Counted from the first letter of the stretch, positions 40,455 through 49,253 are shown. The stretch is DNA of 64,000 bases from an uncultured virus (IMG/VR IMGVR_UViG_3300048576_000363) (IMGVR_UViG_3300048576_000363:1-64000), one strand, 5' to 3'. Program-made: numbers and translations. The notes: generated by a model not told the origin, from the letters alone.

Positions 40455-43214
40455 TTAGTATTCTATGTTTTCAAATGTTATACTTCTACCTTTAACAACA
40501 TGATCGACATTTACATTTTGATGTGAAACAAAATCTTCACTTGTCCTAAGCTCTTCTCTTTCTTTAGGACTGTCAATTGTAGCAACATTAGGACCACCAT
40601 GAAGAACATGTTTACTACTCTTATCAATACCAGGTTGTGATCTTTGATCAGGTAAAACTACTTTAAATTTATGTCGAACATCAGTACCATCAAGCACTTC
40701 AACAACAAAATGTTGTTGTACTCTTACGCCGCCTGGTCCCTCAACTGGCGTCAATGGACCAACTAAACACCTATCACCATTTCTTCGAATTATCATATCT
40801 CTTTGATTTACTATTGGTGTTGGTCCCATCCAAGTTTCTATCTGATATGCTAATTTCAACCCTCTATCAGTTTGTTGAACTCTTTGTTCTGTCATTAAAG
40901 GTCCAATAGTGATCGGGAACGGTCCATCAAATCCACCAACAAATCCAGAACCAAAACATGTTTCACAATCTTGATCAGGTTGTTTATGTGTTCTTTCTTT
41001 CAAATCTCTATAAGTACAATGACATTTTACACCAGCTTTTTTCTTAATATAAAGTAAGACTCTCTCTCCACCCTGATCAAGCAACCAAGCATTTCTACGT
41101 ACAGCTTCTTCAAACATGTACGTCATTTTATCAGGTGTCATAGTCACAGGAGATATCAAATCTAAATCAGTCTCGTCCTCGCCCGTCACACAAGTAACTT
41201 TGTAGTAATAATTCTTCCTTAGTCTTAAATTAGTTGTATGCGTTGGTACTCTATAAGACACTAGTACAGTTGAAAACTCATTTGGCACAGGAGGCGTAAA
41301 ATGTATTTTCTTAACTTCGTCGTAAACTTTCTCTGTCTCTAACTGTACAACACCTTCTAATCCTTGTAACAAACGAACATAAGCTTGTTGACCATCTATT
41401 GTCACATTAACAAACTTTGAATCATCAGTTGGTTTATTTTTACCTGAATCATCAACGACAGGACGTTGACTAAGATAAATAAGATATTCTTTTCTAGGAT
41501 TTAAAGGTTGAATTAAAATTGGATAACCTGATTCAACAACAAACTCAGAAAACTTTATCTCTACTTGTTTATCTTCAGACTTCCCAGAAAACTCAACATT
41601 AACATCGTCAGAGTAATTATTAAAAGTACCTAACATTACAAAATCATTTGTCAAATGATTGAAAAAATATGTTGTCACAACATCGCTCTGTCTTAAAATC
41701 CTAAACTCTCCTGAAGTAATAGGAGATGGCATTGTTAAAGGCATGTCAGGATTTCCATTGACTGTTTGCTGAGTACAATAGACATCAATATTGTGAGACA
41801 TACTTCTTGAAATCTCAATACTATTTTTATCGTCTTTCTTAATCACAAATCTGCAAGATTGTATACCATTAGTTGGCGGTATCCAAACAAACAAATCAAA
41901 TTTAACTCTAATATCAAAATCACCTCGCATTTTAAATTTTGAAGTAAGTCTTGATGTTTCTTTTAAACCTGTATTATCTTTAAAAATTACGCCATCATAT
42001 TTAAACATTAACTGACCAGGATCAGACTCTTCCCATTTTGAAGAATCAAACTCTCCTGAACCCTCAAAATCATCATTAACATCTCTGCTAATATTAACAA
42101 TACGTCTAAATTGTTCACTTACATCTTCATTAACAACTTGAGTATCTAGATTTTTGTCAGTGTATTGAGTAATTGCAATAACTTCTGAATTTAACTTTTG
42201 AAAAGGTCCTATTTCAACATCGCTTCTATAAACGTTATAACCAATAACTTGATTAAAAATTGGATACATATCATCCCAACGAATGTACAACTCATCTTGA
42301 TTAAAAGGACAAGTAACAAAAACATTTGTTGGTATATAATTATTTCTTGATATCTCTACATTATAAACTTCTGTATGAATTGCTTCAGTATTACCAATTT
42401 CATCTACAGCAAAAAACTTTATTGTTGTTACATAATTGTCGCGAACATTTATTGGTGCAGTATATATAGAAGAGTTTGTTGTTGGTGTTGATCCATTTGT
42501 TGTATAATAAATTTTAGAACGAGGATCATCAACAGAAAGAACAACTTGTTGTGAAGTAAAAAAAGAACCACCAGATGGTGTAGCTTTAGAAACGGGAACA
42601 GTTGAATCTATTGTATAATTTTCAGTCAACTGTTCTGAAATTGCATTTGGAAGTAAACCGATGCTTCTTAAAACTGTTGTTCCTTGTGAACTTATAGAAA
42701 TTGGACTTGAATATATTGTAGAATATAAAGTAGGTTCAGTTCCGTCTGTTGTGTATCTAATTTCAGTCAACAAACTATCAGAAGAAAGATTTACAGTAAC
42801 TGCAGAATTAAAAATCTTACCATGAGGAGAAACTACAACTAAAGGTTTCGAAATAGAAGGATCTTGTGCTGTAAGAAAAACATAGTCATCCTCACTCAAC
42901 TCACCACGTAAGTCTTCAATCTGTATATGAATATCTACTGTTTGACAAAAACTAAAAGGTGCTAACTGATATATAATAACGCTTATTGAATTTGGTACTT
43001 GATTTTCTTGTGTTATTACACCTTCAAATCCTGTTTGAAAAACTCCATTTACAATAGCAGAAACACTTAAGATAGAAACATTCAATGTGTTAACATTTAC
43101 ACCATGTATATCTTGTGCTCTAAAAAATACAGGTACGCACGAATAAGGTGCATTAAGTTTTGCACCTATTGCACCCTTAATTGGACTATGATTTACAAAA
43201 GTTGGTTTAGACAT
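40455..43214 (-). CDS. Neck/head-completion protein with appended Ig/FN3-associated domains
   Basis: Two IxYTTxGxxPT..S.IY..PI domains (chitobiase C-terminal/FN3-associated), a GYNVYRS FN3 domain, and C-terminal GGERV...CHC...CETCFGSGFVGG Zn motif typical of large-myophage neck proteins. Confidence 0.6.
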   Translation of the reverse strand: MSKPTFVNHSPIKGAIGAKLNAPYSCVPVFFRAQDIHGVNVNTLNVSILSVSAIVNGVFQTGFEGVITQENQVPNSISVIIYQLAPFSFCQTVDIHIQIEDLRGELSEDDYVFLTAQDPSISKPLVVVSPHGKIFNSAVTVNLSSDSLLTEIRYTTDGTEPTLYSTIYSSPISISSQGTTVLRSIGLLPNAISEQLTENYTIDSTVPVSKATPSGGSFFTSQQVVLSVDDPRSKIYYTTNGSTPTTNSSIYTAPINVRDNYVTTIKFFAVDEIGNTEAIHTEVYNVEISRNNYIPTNVFVTCPFNQDELYIRWDDMYPIFNQVIGYNVYRSDVEIGPFQKLNSEVIAITQYTDKNLDTQVVNEDVSEQFRRIVNISRDVNDDFEGSGEFDSSKWEESDPGQLMFKYDGVIFKDNTGLKETSRLTSKFKMRGDFDIRVKFDLFVWIPPTNGIQSCRFVIKKDDKNSIEISRSMSHNIDVYCTQQTVNGNPDMPLTMPSPITSGEFRILRQSDVVTTYFFNHLTNDFVMLGTFNNYSDDVNVEFSGKSEDKQVEIKFSEFVVESGYPILIQPLNPRKEYLIYLSQRPVVDDSGKNKPTDDSKFVNVTIDGQQAYVRLLQGLEGVVQLETEKVYDEVKKIHFTPPVPNEFSTVLVSYRVPTHTTNLRLRKNYYYKVTCVTGEDETDLDLISPVTMTPDKMTYMFEEAVRRNAWLLDQGGERVLLYIKKKAGVKCHCTYRDLKERTHKQPDQDCETCFGSGFVGGFDGPFPITIGPLMTEQRVQQTDRGLKLAYQIETWMGPTPIVNQRDMIIRRNGDRCLVGPLTPVEGPGGVRVQQHFVVEVLDGTDVRHKFKVVLPDQRSQPGIDKSSKHVLHGGPNVATIDSPKEREELRTSEDFVSHQNVNVDHVVKGRSITFENIEY

Positions 43215-43332
43215 TGTCTTTTTCTGTTTTCTTTATTTCTTTAGCTAAATTCTTGATTTTGTCTTTATTTCTATCGACAAGTTTTTTTTCAATAAGTTTT
43301 TTAATTTCTAACCAATCTATTTCTTTTGTCAT
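43207..43332 (-). CDS. 41-aa ORF, probable detached C-terminus of the HAD protein at 44158..44460
   Basis: MTKEIDWLEIKKLIEKKLVDRNKDKIKNLAKEIKKTEKDNV; ATG overlaps the GIY-YIG stop; fills the gap exactly. Confidence 0.55.
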   Translation of the reverse strand: MTKEIDWLEIKKLIEKKLVDRNKDKIKNLAKEIKKTEKDNV

Positions 43333-44156
43333 GCACAAACCATTTGTTTATGTTTTCTACCTTTTAACCAGCCTAAGTTAATATAGAATTCTAAATCACA
43401 GGGTAAAATTGGTTTTTCTATAGTTTCTTTATTTATCCAAATTTTACCAGTGAAAGCACCCTTTTTACCGAACATCGGATTTTTCTCACCCGAATGATCA
43501 TGTTTTCCTATATTTGCTTGTGAAAGTTTTATTTTATGATCTTCAGATTGAGGGCCTAAAGGTTTACCCTTTTTGTTTTGACTCATTTTTATTTTTGCTT
43601 GTTTTGTATGTTCGCATATTGTTTTCCAAGGTGTCCATGTTTTTGAAATATTATTTCTTAATTGTTTTGCTTTTTCGATGCCAAAATATTCTTCAAACGT
43701 CTTACCTCTAATATAGTTGTTTTTGAGTTTTGCATCTCTTATTTTTTTCTTAGCTTGCTCTGTATGCTTGCATCCAAAAAAGAAACTTCTTGTTTGTGTC
43801 GAAGTATTATACAAATTTTCTTTATTTATTTTCTCTATACATTCTTGTTCAGCTTTTTCTAAAATCTGTCTCATAGTAGTTTTTGAATACTTTGTTTTAG
43901 ATTTGTTCTCATGATACTCAAATTCTTGTAAAACTTCTACACTAAAACTTTCTATTCCATAACAATTAAAAGCATTTTGTAAATGTCTATTATGATGTCT
44001 ATTACTTTTTAAGTCATTTACATGTTGCGTAAATCTAACTCTAAAATTTTGAGTCGAGCCTATATAGATTTTACCAGAAACACGACACTTTATTTGATAA
44101 ACGCAATAACATGTGTTTATTTTGTTAAAATCTTGCAATAAACATTGTGTTGTCAT
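43329..44156 (-). CDS. GIY-YIG homing endonuclease with NUMOD3-like DNA-binding repeats
   Basis: CVYQI......KIYIGST..F..RF..H...L....HHN.HLQNAFN; HTEQAKKKI, HTKQAKIKMS, GEKNPMFGK. Start placed at ATG 44156. Confidence 0.9.
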   Translation of the reverse strand: MTTQCLLQDFNKINTCYCVYQIKCRVSGKIYIGSTQNFRVRFTQHVNDLKSNRHHNRHLQNAFNCYGIESFSVEVLQEFEYHENKSKTKYSKTTMRQILEKAEQECIEKINKENLYNTSTQTRSFFFGCKHTEQAKKKIRDAKLKNNYIRGKTFEEYFGIEKAKQLRNNISKTWTPWKTICEHTKQAKIKMSQNKKGKPLGPQSEDHKIKLSQANIGKHDHSGEKNPMFGKKGAFTGKIWINKETIEKPILPCDLEFYINLGWLKGRKHKQMVCA

Positions 44157-44157
44157 T

Positions 44158-44460
44158 TCAATATCCCATTGCATGATCATCAATTAGAAGATCATAATAA
44201 ATTTTTTGTGATGTTTGAAAACTTATCCAAGGTGCATTCTTATTTACAGCATCATAAGGAATTTTTTGTTTGTCTAAAAAATCTATTGCTTGTTTCAACA
44301 TTTTTCCACTTCTACAAGTCCAAATTATTATGTAACAACCTTTATCACGAGCCCAGTCTAAAACTGTTTTTACATTGGGCATTAGACTTCTTGGAACATA
44401 ATCATCTTCTGTTTTTACAATTGTTCCGTCAAAATCTACAGCAAGAATGTATTGTTTCAT
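44158..44460 (-). CDS. Short cap-less HAD-family phosphatase-like protein (C-terminally truncated)
   Basis: ILAVDFDGTIV, IIIWTCR, KIYYDLLIDD motifs. Confidence 0.8.
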   Translation of the reverse strand: MKQYILAVDFDGTIVKTEDDYVPRSLMPNVKTVLDWARDKGCYIIIWTCRSGKMLKQAIDFLDKQKIPYDAVNKNAPWISFQTSQKIYYDLLIDDHAMGY

Positions 44461-44723
44461 ATTTTCACAAACTCTTTAATAAGACTTTCAGTCTTGAAAC
44501 TTAATTTTTTGTTTCGATCAATCTTCTTTAAAACTTCTGTTATATAATCTATTTTTCCATCGTACAAGTCATCAATATCTTTAAGAAGTTTTTCGTATTT
44601 AGATATAAACTCGATCTGATAACTTTCTGGGTTAAGCAAACTCACTTTATCAGTAAGTTCAAGAAATTGTTTTTTTTGCTTAGCAGAAAGAGAGTCAGCA
44701 ATCTCCATTATACTTATTTTCAT
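44457..44723 (-). CDS. Hypothetical protein
   Basis: ATGA overlaps with both neighbours. Confidence 0.55.
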   Translation of the reverse strand: MKISIMEIADSLSAKQKKQFLELTDKVSLLNPESYQIEFISKYEKLLKDIDDLYDGKIDYITEVLKKIDRNKKLSFKTESLIKEFVKI

Positions 44724-45622
44724 GATCCAAATCCTTTACTTGAAGAAGTTCCAAAACCAAGTGCCCATTTTTTTACACTCATACGTCCAGATGTCCATGG
44801 GCCAAAAAAACCACCGTATGACATAGTGTACTTACTCTGTCTTAAACCTATAGTGTAATGTAGTCTTCTTTTTGCTTCAGTCATTTGCGAATCTACTTGC
44901 GATTGCAAAGTAGATGCAACACTCATGTACTTATCACTTCTTACAATATCTAATGAATAACCATTGAGATTATACGTAAACTCTTCGTTAATCCACAAAA
45001 TAGCTAAATCATAAAGAGCATAAGACATAGCTTGTAAAAGTAACAAAGGTTGCCATGGTGCAGGAACAGAAACAAGATCAAAACTTGTATCAGGTGGAAT
45101 CAAATTCAAATAATTACATGCTTGAACTAAATGCATATACAAAGAATCATCAGTCCAACGATAACCACGAGTTCTTGTAAATCCAGCGATAGTTCCTTCT
45201 TTTTCAGGACTAGCAAAATGATAATCTCGATCAGGATTTATATCTCTCAACTTATTTCTAAGATGCATAATCAAATACATTATCTCTGGAGGATAAACAA
45301 AAACAGTACCCGAGCATAATGGAATAATTTGAAACTCTTCAACATCATCTCTAATCGAAGATGTTGCAGTCTCTTTGTATCTCCATCTGACTTTATGTAA
45401 TCCAACAGGTTCATCATCAGGTACAGTCCATGGAGCAAAATACCCACCTGTAGTAAATTTTAGTGGTGTACGTTCTGGTAAACCAATAACTTCATCATGA
45501 CCAGACGTACAATCATAAAGAGTGTACGATGCCCAGTATGGATCTGACAAATTTGCGCCTACATAAAAGAATACATTCAAATCATCTTTTGTAAGAGTCT
45601 GACCTTGTTTAAGTGAGGCCAT
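44720..45622 (-). CDS. Putative head-tail adaptor (neck) protein with N-terminal Ig-like domain
   Basis: Helical C-terminal domain (LRNKLRD...WTDDSL...N..PP.T.F...EEFTYNLNGYSLDI.RS.KY) like head-tail connectors. Confidence 0.5.
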   Translation of the reverse strand: MASLKQGQTLTKDDLNVFFYVGANLSDPYWASYTLYDCTSGHDEVIGLPERTPLKFTTGGYFAPWTVPDDEPVGLHKVRWRYKETATSSIRDDVEEFQIIPLCSGTVFVYPPEIMYLIMHLRNKLRDINPDRDYHFASPEKEGTIAGFTRTRGYRWTDDSLYMHLVQACNYLNLIPPDTSFDLVSVPAPWQPLLLLQAMSYALYDLAILWINEEFTYNLNGYSLDIVRSDKYMSVASTLQSQVDSQMTEAKRRLHYTIGLRQSKYTMSYGGFFGPWTSGRMSVKKWALGFGTSSSKGFGS

Positions 45623-45641
45623 TATTTACCTTCTTGTTTAT

Positions 45642-46070
45642 TTATCCTGCACACATTTGACTATTACCATACTTCTTGTGTGGTAATTGCGTTCCCGAAG
45701 CATTATTCAACACTGAATAATTCATCATATCAATACTATTTACAATATCAAAATCTTCAACTTCTTCAACAAGTGGTGAATCTGAGAACCTTGCAACATT
45801 CCATTTTATTCTATATTTTCCAATATTTAGATCAATTGCTTGATTCCATGCTGCAAAAAACTTTCCTATTCCAAAAGGTACAGGTGTCAAATCAATTGCT
45901 TCTAAAATTGGTTCTTCACCACATTCATGTGCATCAAATTGATTCGATAACACTCTATAAATAGTGTAAGAAATATAAAAGGGATTTATGTAATTACCTG
46001 AAGTATCTTGAATAAAAACGTTTAAATCATCTTTTGTAAGAACTTTCCCTCTATAGATTGTTGCAGACAT
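45642..46070 (-). CDS. Ig-like virion protein, paralog of the N-terminus of 44720..45622
   Basis: LTKDDLNVF shared exactly; G.(Y/F)FA.W. Start moved to ATG 46070 (AGGAAG RBS). Confidence 0.55.
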   Translation of the reverse strand: MSATIYRGKVLTKDDLNVFIQDTSGNYINPFYISYTIYRVLSNQFDAHECGEEPILEAIDLTPVPFGIGKFFAAWNQAIDLNIGKYRIKWNVARFSDSPLVEEVEDFDIVNSIDMMNYSVLNNASGTQLPHKKYGNSQMCAG

Positions 46071-46136
46071 TTTTTTACTTCCTGTTGCAAATACTTCAAT
46101 ACAAAACAAGTCTACTTGTTCAGTAAGCTTGCATAT

Positions 46137-46152
46137 ATAAAAAGTATAGAAA
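46137..46152 (-). promoter_or_regulatory. Candidate late promoter motif
   Basis: Minus strand TTTCTA TACT TTTTAT, intergenic. Confidence 0.6.
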
Positions 46153-46158
46153 AAGGAT

Positions 46159-46524
46159 TTACGGTTTTGTGAATTTAATCACCATACCACCAGTACTTGA
46201 GCCCGGGAAAAACGACTCGGCAATAACTCTATAAAAATCTTCAAGTACTATAGATGAATTATTTATAGGATGTGTTCCAGTTGCTCTAACAAAATATGTT
46301 TCATTTTCAATAGTATTTTCAGGTATTTCCCAAGAACAAACATATTCGCCTGTCTTTCCAACCAACATATCTAACGGCGATTCATCAACAACAATGCTCT
46401 CAGTTGGTCCTACATAATAGACAATACTGTATTGTGCATTGTTGACATTAATAGTCTCACCAGTAACAATGTCACGAAAAATAAATTTTGATATTGCTAT
46501 TTCATTACGTTTAAAAAACCTCAT
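46159..46524 (-). CDS. Ig-like virion protein, distant paralog of the two downstream genes
   Basis: YSIVY...TGEYVCSWEIP...Y.V pattern. Confidence 0.5.
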   Translation of the reverse strand: MRFFKRNEIAISKFIFRDIVTGETINVNNAQYSIVYYVGPTESIVVDESPLDMLVGKTGEYVCSWEIPENTIENETYFVRATGTHPINNSSIVLEDFYRVIAESFFPGSSTGGMVIKFTKP

Positions 46525-46530
46525 AATCCC

Positions 46531-46740
46531 TCACATTGATCTATAATCGTCATGCAATCTAAGATACCTGAATTGTCTTATATCTTGTGCTCTCAAAGAA
46601 GAACATTCAGGACAATCACAAGAATCAGGATCAACAAATTTTTTCTGCGTAGGACACCAACATTCGCCTGAAGGTCCGTACCAGTCTTTTAAAATTTCAT
46701 CAGATAACTCAGTAATTATTTTTTTTCTATCTTTAGGCAT
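46531..46740 (-). CDS. Small Cys-rich protein (tandem paralog)
   Basis: WYGPSGECWC...KFVDP..CDCPEC. Confidence 0.6.
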   Translation of the reverse strand: MPKDRKKIITELSDEILKDWYGPSGECWCPTQKKFVDPDSCDCPECSSLRAQDIRQFRYLRLHDDYRSM

Positions 46741-46743
46741 TTT

Positions 46744-46935
46744 TCACCACGAAATATCTTTAGGTCTTAAATATTTGGGAGGATGATCATTTGATTGATC
46801 TATAGGTTCGCATTCAACACAATCAGTCTCTTGAGGATCTACAAATTCTTTTAATTCATCACACCAACATTGGCCTGATGGACCATCCCAAGTTTTAATT
46901 ATTTCATTTGCTATCTTTTTTACGTTCTTATGCAT
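46744..46935 (-). CDS. Small Cys-rich protein (tandem paralog)
   Basis: WDGPSGQCWC...EFVDP...DCVEC. Confidence 0.6.
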   Translation of the reverse strand: MHKNVKKIANEIIKTWDGPSGQCWCDELKEFVDPQETDCVECEPIDQSNDHPPKYLRPKDISW

Positions 46936-46950
46936 GTTTTACATGCAACC

Positions 46951-46966
46951 ATAAAACCTTTAGAAA
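46951..46966 (-). promoter_or_regulatory. Candidate late promoter motif
   Basis: Minus strand TTTCTA AAGG TTTTAT in a 33-bp intergenic gap. Confidence 0.6.
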
Positions 46967-46968
46967 AA

Positions 46969-47193
46969 CTAAGAACAAGATATCTTGACTGAACCTCTCT
47001 TAGTCCAAAGTTCGCATTGTATACTATTAGGATCCCAATTTGCATGAATTGTGCCCGGACTATCCATAATAATACCTACTACACAAGCATAACCAGTGCA
47101 ATTCATTATAGACTTTTTATCTACCCAAGGATGACTTCTTGTTTCTATGCAAAAATGACAAGTATTACACTGTTCCCATTTTCTTTCAGTCAT
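46969..47193 (-). CDS. Small Cys-rich hypothetical protein
   Basis: CNTCHFC...C...CELW pattern common in phage microproteins. Confidence 0.55.
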   Translation of the reverse strand: MTERKWEQCNTCHFCIETRSHPWVDKKSIMNCTGYACVVGIIMDSPGTIHANWDPNSIQCELWTKRGSVKISCS

Positions 47194-47315
47194 TTATCAT
47201 CCCAAATTTTATCTTCATCACTATCCCAATCTTCAGCAAATAGAGATTCTGATAGTTTTAACAAATCTTCTATTTTATCATCATCATCAAAATCTTCTTC
47301 AGAATTTTCGTTCAT
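47190..47315 (-). CDS. 41-aa highly acidic microprotein
   Basis: MNENSEEDFDDDDKIEDLLKLSESLFAEDWDSDEDKIWDDK; ATGA overlaps at both ends; below the track's length cutoff. Confidence 0.6.
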   Translation of the reverse strand: MNENSEEDFDDDDKIEDLLKLSESLFAEDWDSDEDKIWDDK

Positions 47316-47962
47316 AGTCTTTCAAACTCAACACTTTGTTGACTTCTAAACTTATACTTTACTGGTATAACACCAGCTTTATAAAGTTCTTTAATCGTAT
47401 AAGAATCAAAACTATTCGCAATAACTACACCCAAAACATTTTCGTACATTCTATTAATCAACCATAACTTGAATTGTATAACATATTTATCGATCTGTCC
47501 TACAACATCATGATATGCACCACTTTTTTTTACTTCGATTGGATAAGCAGTTATTTTATCTTGTGCAACTAAATCAACTCTACCAAATCTTGTCTCTAAT
47601 TCAGTACACGAACAATGAAAATCAGATTCTGCTCCAAGACACATTCTTAAATTATCTTGTGATAACATAATAGCTTTTACTAAATCTTCTTGTTTTGAAA
47701 AAAGAGTCTCTTCTTCTTGTCTTGGAAAACTTTTTGCTTCACTACAATCTAAAGATTTTGAAAAAACAAGATTATTGTCAATAGCATTTCCAAGCTCGAC
47801 TAAATGTTTCCAACGATGATCTTTTTTCAAAGGCTCAAACAATATTTCATTGTTATCAAACTCTTCTCTAAGAAAATGCAAATACATTTTTGCATTACTT
47901 GTATCACCAAGTAATGTGCTATTTAAAACTAAATAGTAAAGAGTTTCTACAAAATTTGACAT
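47312..47962 (-). CDS. PD-(D/E)XK nuclease, NucS C-terminal-like
   Basis: E..L...ELETRFGRVDLV.......IEVKK......VGQI.KY...GVVIA motif set. Confidence 0.7.
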   Translation of the reverse strand: MSNFVETLYYLVLNSTLLGDTSNAKMYLHFLREEFDNNEILFEPLKKDHRWKHLVELGNAIDNNLVFSKSLDCSEAKSFPRQEEETLFSKQEDLVKAIMLSQDNLRMCLGAESDFHCSCTELETRFGRVDLVAQDKITAYPIEVKKSGAYHDVVGQIDKYVIQFKLWLINRMYENVLGVVIANSFDSYTIKELYKAGVIPVKYKFRSQQSVEFERL

Positions 47963-48228
47963 TACACTTGACGTTCAAGATTTAAAGGTTCTGTTTCAAT
48001 TTCGTCTTTTTCTATGAATTTTTCTGTTTTATCTCTCACTTTGACTTTTTTTGTTTTTGCAACACCATTCTCTTGACGAGCTACTTGAATGTTAATGTGC
48101 GCAAATAATTCATTTACATCAGCTGAAAACTCAATTCTTTGAGCACGTTCTAATTGTTTATCGTCAACAAAAATTTTTGTTCCAGCAGTAGTTCCATTTG
48201 TCTCGATTCTAATACTTTTATATTTCAA
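47962..48228 (-). CDS. Hypothetical protein
   Basis: TTG start with a strong AAGGAGG RBS. Confidence 0.6.
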   Translation of the reverse strand: MKYKSIRIETNGTTAGTKIFVDDKQLERAQRIEFSADVNELFAHINIQVARQENGVAKTKKVKVRDKTEKFIEKDEIETEPLNLERQV

Positions 48229-48237
48229 ATTTCCTCC

Positions 48238-48744
48238 TTAAAAAATTTTTTCAAATTTATTTCTAACTTCGCGACTAACAACAGGCTGTACTCTATAAGT
48301 CTGAATACTTTCATCTTGAATTATTTTTATGCCCTCAATATTTCCCACAATCTTACCTATAGTTTTATCTATGTTATTCAAGTTTTTGGGTACAAGATCA
48401 ACTTCATAACTATGATACATTCTAAATAAATTTTTTGTCGCTTTATTCATTCTAAAATATAAAAGAGTCTCACCACAACTTGTTATTTCTGATTTCATTG
48501 ATTTTAATTGCTTTGCAACATTTTCTTGTATTGCAGTTTTGTCAATCATTCCTGGACTACGACGTTCATACGATTCACCTGTTATCAAATCATATCTTAA
48601 ATCTCTAATTGCAACATCTGATGACACAAACTGAAAATCATAAAATTTAAAAAAATCTTTATAAGAAATAATATGTTGTGAGATAACATCAGATGTTATC
48701 TTTTCTTGTTGCAATAAAAATCTAAATTTATTCATTTTTGACAT
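48238..48744 (-). CDS. Hypothetical protein
   Basis: 168-aa ORF co-oriented in the cluster. Confidence 0.55.
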   Translation of the reverse strand: MSKMNKFRFLLQQEKITSDVISQHIISYKDFFKFYDFQFVSSDVAIRDLRYDLITGESYERRSPGMIDKTAIQENVAKQLKSMKSEITSCGETLLYFRMNKATKNLFRMYHSYEVDLVPKNLNNIDKTIGKIVGNIEGIKIIQDESIQTYRVQPVVSREVRNKFEKIF

Positions 48745-48971
48745 TTAGGTACTAAAAATAACTGACTATCATCAATAATTTGATCGTTAATTTTTTTCAG
48801 GACACCATGATAAATTTCAAGTTTAGATCCTTTAACTCTCGCTTCATTTCTCGCAGTTTTAAGATCGTCATAAGGTCCAATATAGAAATCATCACGAACT
48901 TTAACAAAAAACCCTTGTTGTGTAGTCATTACTATTCCCTTATCTTTCAAACATCTTTTTTTGCATTTCAA
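48732..48971 (-). CDS. Hypothetical protein (start probably the internal MTTQ)
   Basis: YIGPYDDLKTA motif; AGGGA RBS before the internal ATG. Confidence 0.5.
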   Translation of the reverse strand: MKCKKRCLKDKGIVMTTQQGFFVKVRDDFYIGPYDDLKTARNEARVKGSKLEIYHGVLKKINDQIIDDSQLFLVPKCQK

Positions 48972-49125
48972 TTATTTGTTTACCTACATAAATTCTATGT
49001 TTACCTTTTGTTCTCCCTGCAATAAAATGTTTTTCTCTATCCCAAGATCTTAAAGTAGACCTACTAACACATAAAAATTCAGCTGCTTCTTTTAATTTAT
49101 AAATCTTGTCTATCTCTATTTTCAT
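48940..49125 (-). CDS. Stand-alone MerR-type/excisionase-like HTH protein
   Basis: YKLKEAAEFLCVSRSTLRSWD......RT.GKHR.Y. Confidence 0.75.
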   Translation of the reverse strand: MKIEIDKIYKLKEAAEFLCVSRSTLRSWDREKHFIAGRTKGKHRIYVGKQIIEMQKKMFER

Positions 49126-49172
49126 TATTTAAAACTTTCCAAAAATTAGCAGTAATTCACTTCAGTAAAAAT

Positions 49173-49232
49173 AAAAAAGCCCAAGTTGTAATACCTGGGC
49201 TAAGAGAACAAGATCTTATGTCTTGTGTTCTC
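49173..49232 (-). terminator. Two adjacent hairpins, likely terminator
   Basis: AGCCCA...TGGGCT stem with a flanking A-tract (U-tract on minus), next to a GAGAACA...TGTTCTC stem. Confidence 0.55.
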
Positions 49233-49253
49233 TCATTGCAGAAAAATTCATAA

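Noticed and set aside
43330..44160. Group I intron around the GIY-YIG gene
   Set aside because: Boundary bases fit (U before, terminal G), but the interval is almost entirely endonuclease ORF and I found no P7-type core sequences. Kept as a split-gene finding instead.
48732..49232. IS607-family insertion sequence
   Set aside because: Only the HTH is present; no serine-recombinase domain or TnpB.
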